The notes beneath the pieces are model-generated. The model was not told the origin of the DNA, made no database searches, and saw only the letters and a list, made by a program, of their open reading frames with translations. 7,820 nucleotides of DNA from NCBI GenBank assembly GCA_016748015.1, contig JAAOMT010000271.1, positions 1 through 7,820 on the forward strand, given 5' to 3'. Source of the stretch: Geosiphon pyriformis uo1. Its lineage: Eukaryota > Fungi > Glomeromycota. Made by a program: the position numbers and the translations under genes. Below are positions 1 through 7,820 of the stretch, in pieces; the first letter of the stretch is position 1; the number at the start of each line of letters is the position of its first letter.

Positions 1-96
1 GTACTGAGATTGTACATCCTGCCTCCTGCTGGATAGGTAGTCTGTATTGCCATTGTGAGGTAGTACTGACACTGAGTTTGGATAAATCGGAGTTTG

Positions 97-558
97 TTAT
101 GGAGCAGGATAGCTGCTCATGAGGTGGTATTGATACGATTTAAGCCACATACCAACTTCCACTAGAGCCCATACGTGTGAGTGTGAATATGTGGGATTGC
201 ATTTAGGATAGTCAGTAGGATAGCTCGTCTGGCCAATATCCTGGCTGCCAAGCCTCATTGAATTGAGGATAGTGGATAGGTCTTTAGGTAGGATCCATGC
301 ATGGGGCCCTAGTAGTTGTAGGCAAATAGGCAAATGGAGTTGCATAGTTACATCATGAGCACTGACCCATATCAGGTAGTATGATTCTGGCAAGTGGGAC
401 AGGTGATGATAGCCATAGTCCTGATTCCATAGTTGTAGTCTACTAAGGAGTTGGTCATCTATGAGGATGTGGTCATGGCAGGTCCTGATCCTTAGCTTTG
501 TACAAAGGGCGATGTCATTGGCTAGGGCTACGATCCTGTATGTAGTGCAATGATCTAA
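97..558 (-). CDS. Stop-free frame of 153 codons containing the 98 aa ORF (doubtful or relic)
   Basis: Manual translation shows the frame of ORF 97..393 stays open upstream to TAG at 559-561 (LDHCTTYRIVALANDIALCTKLRIRTCHDHILIDDQLLSRLQLWNQDYGYHHLSHLPESYY...). No ATG near its 5' end and no recognisable family. Confidence 0.15.
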   Translation of the reverse strand, partial: LDHCTTYRIVALANDIALCTKLRIRTCHDHILIDDQLLSRLQLWNQDYGYHHLSHLPESYYLIWVSAHDVTMQLHLPICLQLLGPHAWILPKDLSTILNSMRLGSQDIGQTSYPTDYPKCNPTYSHSHVWALVEVGMWLKSYQYHLMSSYPAP

Positions 559-787
559 CTATTGCCCCTGCAGTGTATGCCTTTATTCCTATGTGGTAGA
601 GGGGGGATTGACTATATACTGTAAGCAGTGGTTGTACGTCATATGGTGCAGCATGGCATGGTAGTGGTAGACTAGGAGTAAGATTTTTCGAGGAGTCTTA
701 TGGACAGTGTGTGGGTCTAGCTGGCGATTGGAGTTGCTACATGGGTAGGAGGTTCGGAGTTGTATTGGCAAGATTTGGGAATTAGGG

Positions 788-1249
788 CTAGATTACTTGT
801 GATGGCCAAGGATCAGTAGTAGATTGAGATGTGGATTTGTCCAGAGTAGGATACCATGGTGAACATAGTGATCTTGGAGTTAAACACTGAATACCCTCAT
901 GATTAGCCATGGAGTAGTTCTTTGTTGTAGGCAATGGTTGTAGCCAACTCTGCAATTTAAAGCAATAGGTGTTATAGCTAGTGTAAATAAGATTTGAGTT
1001 CAGTTTGTAGAGTAGAACCATATGACCTACGAATGATATACAGCAGTGATGTGGATCGATGTAGGGATCAGTACTAAACATGATGGTGCCATAGGGGGAT
1101 ATTACAAGATGCATTGTTCTTGATGACAAGAAGCATAGGGATTGTGGCATATGTGTACTTAATTTAGATCCACATGAGTATGGTATATAGGTAGATAGGG
1201 CATGTGGTAAAGGGATGGATGGGATGATTACAGGCTGATCAGTAGCCAT
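788..1249 (-). CDS. Hypothetical ORF, 153 aa (doubtful)
   Basis: Longest genuine ORF, ATG start. No recognisable motif. The S/P/T/L/H/Y-rich, E/D/K-poor composition may only mirror the C/A-rich minus strand. Confidence 0.2.
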   Translation of the reverse strand: MATDQPVIIPSIPLPHALSTYIPYSCGSKLSTHMPQSLCFLSSRTMHLVISPYGTIMFSTDPYIDPHHCCISFVGHMVLLYKLNSNLIYTSYNTYCFKLQSWLQPLPTTKNYSMANHEGIQCLTPRSLCSPWYPTLDKSTSQSTTDPWPSQVI

Positions 1250-1786
1250 CCTGATAGATCAGTCATTGTGCCATAGAAAATACAAGGTCATATGCAATCT
1301 GGATAGAGGTGCAATAGGGTAGTCAGGTAGCAATTCATATTGTAGCTAGTAGCTGCATAGGATCCCACTTCATTGAGATAGGGATTACATTGTATCAATA
1401 GATCCATACATGCCTTAGTTCTTGTGGATTTGTAGGTATGGGATCTTTAGATATGTGGACATTTAACCTACAGATAGCAGTGTATCTGGCATATGATGTG
1501 GATCCCTATTTTTACTGAAGCATACTATATAGGTGATGGCAGTTCTAGTGGCAACACCCTCTGTGTACTCAGTATGTGTAATCTAGCTCGCAGGTTATGA
1601 TTACTTTAAGAGTTATGGATAAGATTCAACAGCATTCACAACTATTACTGCCTTAGTGTAATCTCGCAGTGAATATCATGGTTATACATGACTAGTTGTC
1701 ATGGCTATGGGATGTGATTGAGATTGCACCAGATATGCCAGTCTCTTGAATACACAGTGGAGGGATTCTGCATCTAGCAAGATATC

Positions 1787-1859
1787 TCAATACCCGGTCA
1801 GATCTGCCGCGGGTTGATTGCCACTCGGATGGTAATGTGGCAATACTCATGCATGGGTA
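1787..1859. other. Cluster of three adjacent inverted repeats / hairpins
   Basis: Imperfect TCAATACCCGGTCAGATCTGCCGCGGGTTGA 1787-1817; perfect 8-bp stem ATTGCCAC 1817-1824 / GTGGCAAT 1837-1844; near-palindrome TACTCATGCATGGGTA 1844-1859. Confidence 0.55.
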
Positions 1860-3260
1860 ACTTACAGTACAATCATATCAAGAGTTTTAGGTAGAGGAGC
1901 TTGATGGGATAGGATAGTATAGCATACAAGAACCATTCCTGATGGGAAGTTGGGTTCCAGAGGATTGTTCTAGAGAGAGCCGGATTCTGGTAGATACAGT
2001 GCCTCAATGGATATTCACTCATAGTATCCCTAGCTATCCTAAATAGAGCCTTACCCCCGTATGGGATGTTATGACATGGTAGGATTGATCTCAGTACTAA
2101 CCAGGGAGTATGTGAAGTCTTCATAGTAAAGAATCTGTCTACTAATCAATAGGATGTGGGTATTTGCTATCCTACCTGAGTGAATGGTTGGATTGGAATC
2201 CTCATACCCTAGACTGCCATGACCCCCAGTGCATGCTATCCTGATGTGAAGTCCACAGGATAACCATACTACCATGATTGTAGCCATGATCCAAGTGATG
2301 ATTGCCATTGCTAAGGCAGCGTATCCAATAGGTAGAGATGTCTGAATACATGGGATAGCTAAGTGATAATAAGTAGGGTATATGCCAGTATGAATGCAGT
2401 GAAGTCTGTATCGTTACAGTGGCTGCTACTTACATTATGGCTTAGTAGGTGGTGATCTCTAGGATGGCTTGCTCTAGTATTATTAGATTCCTGATGGCTG
2501 CCTGGTCAATTGCCATACTCCCTATACCCTCATAGCAGCGTACGATAGTCAGTAGGATCTACCTCACATAGGAAGCCATATGATCTCTTAACCCTCCCAT
2601 ACTTAAATGATTTATCCATTGAGGTTAGTTCGATATACCCTGCCAGTGTTGATTAGGATTGCTATCCACTCAGGGGTAATATGACCCACCTATGTCCATA
2701 GCAGCCTTACAGCTCTACAGGGAGCAATTACATGATACTTTGCAGCATTGGTAGGTAATGCATGTTTAGATGCAGCCTACAATCCCAATACAATGCGGAG
2801 AGGGAACTTAGTTTACTGGCCAGCCATGGTTAGTAGATTGTAGATGAGTTTAGGCATTTTAGCAAAGGATCGATTGAAGCTTGCTGCACACTATCAGGTA
2901 AAGCATCCTATGGCAGGACTGCCAATCAGTAGTCAGGTTCTGACAATACTTATATAGGTATGGCTCTAGATCATGTGTGAATGTAAGTATGGTGGCAAGT
3001 TAGATGTCATGGAATTGATGCCTGCTAGTGGTAGTACTTGATTTGGTCTAGGCTAGCATGAACTGATTGCATAGGCATGATTACCTGTGGAGTCCTAGGT
3101 GGTGTCATATGATTCACTCATGGTATGGTAATGGTTATTTTAGTTGCGGCAGTAGTGAGTATTGCACAGCGGCAGGAGGAATAGTCAGATGTACAATGCA
3201 TTTAGCTACAGAGTGAAGTACATGATGGATTGTGTAATGATATATGGTACAGGTCTGGTT

Positions 3261-3441
3261 ATAGGGGTGTTGCATAAAACCGTCCATCCCCTATAGGGGT
3301 AATCTTTTGGACCCAAGGGATCACCAATCCTTAAAAGACCACCCTTTTGGAGACCCAAACCACCCCCTTGGGCGCCAGGGCCCCCCCCCCACAACCCCAC
3401 TGAGTGAGTGTTCGAATACCTCTTGTTTAAAATAGGGGTGT
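3261..3441. promoter_or_regulatory. C-rich structured island; candidate replication origin / control region
   Basis: Seen: ATAGGGGTGT direct repeats at 3261-3270 and 3432-3441, with a third ATAGGGGT at 3293-3300; perfect palindrome CCCCTATAGGGG 3288-3299; CTTTTGG(AG)ACCCAA at 3304-3316 and 3344-3358; inverted pair CCCAAGGG 3312-3319 / CCCTTGGG 3365-3372; C10 tract 3381-3390; local reversal of the G>C skew. The function is inferred. Confidence 0.45.
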
Positions 3442-4269
3442 GGTGGGTATATGAATATCCATGATAGGTGAGATCCTCTATAGGCGGATTCATTGACAAT
3501 GATTTGAGATGCAGCAGTGTATGAGATCAGGAGGGTAAAAATAGCGACAAGGGAGTTACAATCCAACATCAGATTGCAGAGGTAAGGTATGGACAAGGAT
3601 CCCTCAGGTATACAAGAATACCACTTACTATCTGTAACCAGACGGATCTAATTGGTATGTGGATTAGGATAGCACTAAATGAGTAAGATGGCGCCTATAC
3701 TCTTACACTGGTAGTGGCTGGATTCGTATTCTCATCTTGGTGGATGGCTTCATATGGGAGTATGTAGTATTGCGACTGCCTAAACTCCTAGTTTGCCGGG
3801 GTTTTAAAGGGAGTGGCTCAATACAATGCTCAGGTAGTTGGGCATCCGCCACTGGGACCCACCTCAGTTATACTCCCATGAGGAGGGATTATGAGGTATA
3901 ATTGACTCTACAGGCCTTGCGGTATGGACCCATGCATAAGTTAGGATACTTCCCAATGCAGGCAGTTAGGGGTAGGAGTATGCATGCCACTAGAATACGG
4001 GAGGTACTGGGGCATCAGCTATGAGATAGGTAGTAAAGCATAGATACGGTATTGGTGCATATCACAGTCAGATCAGACAAACATGATAGGTAGATAGCTG
4101 CCAGATGTCATCAGAGCTATGCTGGGAGACAGGATTCCAATACAGGATCAGTGGTAAAGTATGGAGGCAGTACTCTTGGGATCGTCTGTGTACATGTGAT
4201 AGGAGGATTCATAGGCATATAAGTGTAATTATTGCTACTGATGCCTGAAGAGTAGTAGCCATGGAACCC

Positions 4270-5149
4270 NNNNNNNNNNNNNNNNNNNNNNNNNNNNNNN
4301 NNNNNNNNNNNNNNNNNNNNNNNNNNNNNNNNNNNNNNNNNNNNNNNNNNNNNNNNNNNNNNNNNNNNNNNNNNNNNNNNNNNNNNNNNNNNNNNNNNNN
4401 NNNNNNNNNNNNNNNNNNNNNNNNNNNNNNNNNNNNNNNNNNNNNNNNNNNNNNNNNNNNNNNNNNNNNNNNNNNNNNNNNNNNNNNNNNNNNNNNNNNN
4501 NNNNNNNNNNNNNNNNNNNNNNNNNNNNNNNNNNNNNNNNNNNNNNNNNNNNNNNNNNNNNNNNNNNNNNNNNNNNNNNNNNNNNNNNNNNNNNNNNNNN
4601 NNNNNNNNNNNNNNNNNNNNNNNNNNNNNNNNNNNNNNNNNNNNNNNNNNNNNNNNNNNNNNNNNNNNNNNNNNNNNNNNNNNNNNNNNNNNNNNNNNNN
4701 NNNNNNNNNNNNNNNNNNNNNNNNNNNNNNNNNNNNNNNNNNNNNNNNNNNNNNNNNNNNNNNNNNNNNNNNNNNNNNNNNNNNNNNNNNNNNNNNNNNN
4801 NNNNNNNNNNNNNNNNNNNNNNNNNNNNNNNNNNNNNNNNNNNNNNNNNNNNNNNNNNNNNNNNNNNNNNNNNNNNNNNNNNNNNNNNNNNNNNNNNNNN
4901 NNNNNNNNNNNNNNNNNNNNNNNNNNNNNNNNNNNNNNNNNNNNNNNNNNNNNNNNNNNNNNNNNNNNNNNNNNNNNNNNNNNNNNNNNNNNNNNNNNNN
5001 NNNNNNNNNNNNNNNNNNNNNNNNNNNNNNNNNNNNNNNNNNNNNNNNNNNNNNNNNNNNNNNNNNNNNNNNNNNNNNNNNNNNNNNNNNNNNNNNNNNN
5101 NNNNNNNNNNNNNNNNNNNNNNNNNNNNNNNNNNNNNNNNNNNNNNNNN
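4270..5149. other. Assembly gap or masked segment (880 N)
   Basis: Run of N from 4270 to 5149. Content is unknown and the length may be an estimate. Confidence 0.99.
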
Positions 5150-5521
5150 ATAGTCAGATACTCCCTTTGTCGCAATGAGTAGCATGGGCTCCTAATCAGA
5201 GTCAACCTGATCAGTGGTTGAGTACAGAATTGTCAGACCTTGTTGTGATATTGGATAGTGATTGAAATGGGCTATTATTAGGTATTAGGGAATATAGGTA
5301 TGTCCCCTGATAGGAGGGTAGCCATGTGTCTAGATATTCAGTAGGCAAGGATTGTGGTCCATGGGGACGGATGGGATCATCAAATTCATAGCCAAGGACC
5401 CATATTCAGACAGTATAGGGTAATACTCTGACCATGTTGGTCAATTGGATGGACAGCTGAATATGGATCGACTAGAGAATTGTTCCTTAATAGGGTGGTC
5501 AGTGGATTGTATAACCTTTAG

Positions 5522-5853
5522 TCACATCCTGTTTAGATGCCGATCTAGCCATCCACTGTACTCAAACATAGCACCCAGGGCCTGGCTGGATATGTAGATC
5601 CTCTTACTTCTGAAGGGTATCTCTACAGCTTTAAGAGCTTCTATTGATTTTATGAATTGCTTGAATTGGTTTGGGGACTTCTCCTGCGCGTTACCGTAGG
5701 ATAGTTCCTTATCAAAGATTACACAAAGTACGCTTTACTTATTCTGTACACTTGGTGGGCAGGGATTTGATACAACTCCTGGTTGGGGGGTAATTCACCA
5801 TCCATGAGAGGTGCATCAAACTTTACTGTATTTATTGCAATATACATGTGCAT
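5522..5853 (-). pseudogene. Possible frameshifted small gene (44 aa ORF overlapping a 70-codon open frame)
   Basis: ATG 5853 to TAA 5719 gives MHMYIAINTVKFDAPLMDGELPPNQELYQIPAHQVYRISKAYFV. The overlapping frame 5734-5522 gives SVLCVIFDKELSYGNAQEKSPNQFKQFIKSIEALKAVEIPFRSKRIYISSQALGAMFEYSGWLDRHLNRM. Composition is more protein-like than any other ORF here. Confidence 0.2.
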
Positions 5854-6106
5854 TTAAGAATGGTGATGGGAGCTAGTATTTACATATAGGATGTGGAGGG
5901 GGTTAAACAGAGGGGCTGGATATGGCTAGTGCTAGGGATCTTGCAAGTCAAGAGTTGGAGTTGTATTAGCATAAGGCGTATGACAGATTGCATGCATCAG
6001 ACCACCTAATAGTTGGATCCATCCTCATGGCTACTGCATCATATCTTAGTGGAGGTAGAGGGTTGCCATGATCAATACATATAGTGAGGCTATGCAGAGG
6101 GGATCA

Positions 6107-7820
6107 GTACTGAGATTGTACATCCTGCCTCCTGCTGGATAGGTAGTCTGTATTGCCATTGTGAGGTAGTACTGACACTGAGTTTGGATAAATCGGAGTT
6201 TGTTATGGAGCAGGATAGCTGCTCATGAGGTGGTATTGATACGATTTAAGCCACATACCAACTTCCACTAGAGCCCATACGTGTGAGTGTGAATATGTGG
6301 GATTGCATTTAGGATAGTCAGTAGGATAGCTCGTCTGGCCAATATCCTGGCTGCCAAGCCTCATTGAATTGAGGATAGTGGATAGGTCTTTAGGTAGGAT
6401 CCATGCATGGGGCCCTAGTAGTTGTAGGCAAATAGGCAAATGGAGTTGCATAGTTACATCATGAGCACTGACCCATATCAGGTAGTATGATTCTGGCAAG
6501 TGGGACAGGTGATGATAGCCATAGTCCTGATTCCATAGTTGTAGTCTACTAAGGAGTTGGTCATCTATGAGGATGTGGTCATGGCAGGTCCTGATCCTTA
6601 GCTTTGTACAAAGGGCGATGTCATTGGCTAGGGCTACGATCCTGTATGTAGTGCAATGATCTAACTATTGCCCCTGCAGTGTATGCCTTTATTCCTATGT
6701 GGTAGAGGGGGGATTGACTATATACTGTAAGCAGTGGTTGTACGTCATATGGTGCAGCATGGCATGGTAGTGGTAGACTAGGAGTAAGATTTTTCGAGGA
6801 GTCTTATGGACAGTGTGTGGGTCTAGCTGGCGATTGGAGTTGCTACATGGGTAGGAGGTTCGGAGTTGTATTGGCAAGATTTGGGAATTAGGGCTAGATT
6901 ACTTGTGATGGCCAAGGATCAGTAGTAGATTGAGATGTGGATTTGTCCAGAGTAGGATACCATGGTGAACATAGTGATCTTGGAGTTAAACACTGAATAC
7001 CCTCATGATTAGCCATGGAGTAGTTCTTTGTTGTAGGCAATGGTTGTAGCCAACTCTGCAATTTAAAGCAATAGGTGTTATAGCTAGTGTAAATAAGATT
7101 TGAGTTCAGTTTGTAGAGTAGAACCATATGACCTACGAATGATATACAGCAGTGATGTGGATCGATGTAGGGATCAGTACTAAACATGATGGTGCCATAG
7201 GGGGATATTACAAGATGCATTGTTCTTGATGACAAGAAGCATAGGGATTGTGGCATATGTGTACTTAATTTAGATCCACATGAGTATGGTATATAGGTAG
7301 ATAGGGCATGTGGTAAAGGGATGGATGGGATGATTACAGGCTGATCAGTAGCCATCCTGATAGATCAGTCATTGTGCCATAGAAAATACAAGGTCATATG
7401 CAATCTGGATAGAGGTGCAATAGGGTAGTCAGGTAGCAATTCATATTGTAGCTAGTAGCTGCATAGGATCCCACTTCATTGAGATAGGGATTACATTGTA
7501 TCAATAGATCCATACATGCCTTAGTTCTTGTGGATTTGTAGGTATGGGATCTTTAGATATGTGGACATTTAACCTACAGATAGCAGTGTATCTGGCATAT
7601 GATGTGGATCCCTATTTTTACTGAAGCATACTATATAGGTGATGGCAGTTCTAGTGGCAACACCCTCTGTGTACTCAGTATGTGTAATCTAGCTCGCAGG
7701 TTATGATTACTTTAAGAGTTATGGATAAGATTCAACAGCATTCACAACTATTACTGCCTTAGTGTAATCTCGCAGTGAATATCATGGTTATACATGACTA
7801 GTTGTCATGGCTATGGGATG
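6107..7820 (+). repeat. Long direct repeat, copy 2 (truncated by window end)
   Basis: Matches 1-1714 at constant offset 6106: ORFs 6203..6499, 6695..6877 and 6894..7355 equal 97..393, 589..771 and 788..1249. Confidence 0.97.
6894..7355 (-). CDS. Second copy of the hypothetical 153 aa ORF (doubtful)
   Basis: Identical translation to 788..1249, inside repeat copy 2. Confidence 0.2.
   Translation of the reverse strand: MATDQPVIIPSIPLPHALSTYIPYSCGSKLSTHMPQSLCFLSSRTMHLVISPYGTIMFSTDPYIDPHHCCISFVGHMVLLYKLNSNLIYTSYNTYCFKLQSWLQPLPTTKNYSMANHEGIQCLTPRSLCSPWYPTLDKSTSQSTTDPWPSQVI

Larger units (their letters stand above)
1..1714 (+). repeat. Long direct repeat, copy 1 (terminal redundancy of a ~6.1 kb circle or tandem unit)
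   Basis: GTACTGAGATTGTACATCC at 1 recurs at 6107, and GTTGTCATGGCTATGGGATG at 1695-1714 recurs at 7801-7820. Three ORFs recur with identical translations at offset 6106. No mismatch seen by eye. Confidence 0.97.

Noticed and set aside
1167-1505. 113-codon minus frame open if TGA=Trp (similar case at about 5150-5470)
   Set aside because: Implausibly Trp-rich and overlaps other open frames. Such runs are expected where TAA/TAG are scarce.
2130-2190. Plus-strand ...FAILPEW (TGA=Trp) resembling cytochrome b ILPEWY
   Set aside because: Flanking residues do not resemble cob (followed by MVGLESS). Too short to support a gene module without a profile search.
1873-2308. ORFs of 83 and 79 aa
   Set aside because: Short, mutually overlapping, no motif, and of a size plausible by chance on this stop-poor strand.
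3406-3422. GTTCGAAT tRNA T-loop / Pol III B-box-like motif
   Set aside because: No cloverleaf or proper T-stem around it.
3435-3449. GGGGTGTGGTG resembling the kinetoplast universal minicircle sequence GGGGTTGGTGTA
   Set aside because: Needs an insertion and 3' mismatches, and no CSB-1/CSB-2 blocks were recognised.
3206-3596. ORFs 3206..3499 and 3321..3596
   Set aside because: They overlap each other across the C-rich island, and their Gly-rich stretches merely reflect G-runs lacking stops.
4117-5205. Three long ORFs (305-362 aa) in the ORF track
   Set aside because: Artefacts of translating through 880 Ns.
1-6106. CRISPR array or regular short tandem repeats
   Set aside because: Recurring words are 15 nt or shorter and irregularly spaced, with no repeat-spacer periodicity.
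1-7820. LTR retrotransposon with 1.7 kb LTRs
   Set aside because: Repeat ends coincide with the window ends rather than TG...CA termini. No gag/pol remnants or primer-binding site were recognised, and a circle or tandem unit is simpler.

Overview
No recognisable gene, RNA gene, transposase or CRISPR array was found. Bases 1-1714 recur, apparently identically, at 6107-7820 (offset 6106), and both copies run to the window edges. The window is therefore best read as about 1.3 turns of a ~6.1 kb circular molecule or tandem unit, with an 880-N unresolved or masked gap (4270-5149) that makes the unit length an estimate. The ~5.2 kb of resolved unique sequence is nearly gene-free: the longest real ORF is 153 aa, and all ORF-track calls not made of Ns are on the minus strand. 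It is G/T-skewed on +, strongly CpG-depleted, and rich in recurring short words (GGATAG, GATCAGT, TAGCCAT). It contains one compositionally distinct C-rich, origin-like island (3261-3441) and a few CpG-retaining hairpin clusters. Leading hypothesis (inference only): the constant non-coding backbone of a multipartite organellar or minicircle-type chromosome whose variable cassette lies in the gap. Alternatives are a decayed or recoded viral/plasmid circle, or a large eukaryotic tandem repeat.
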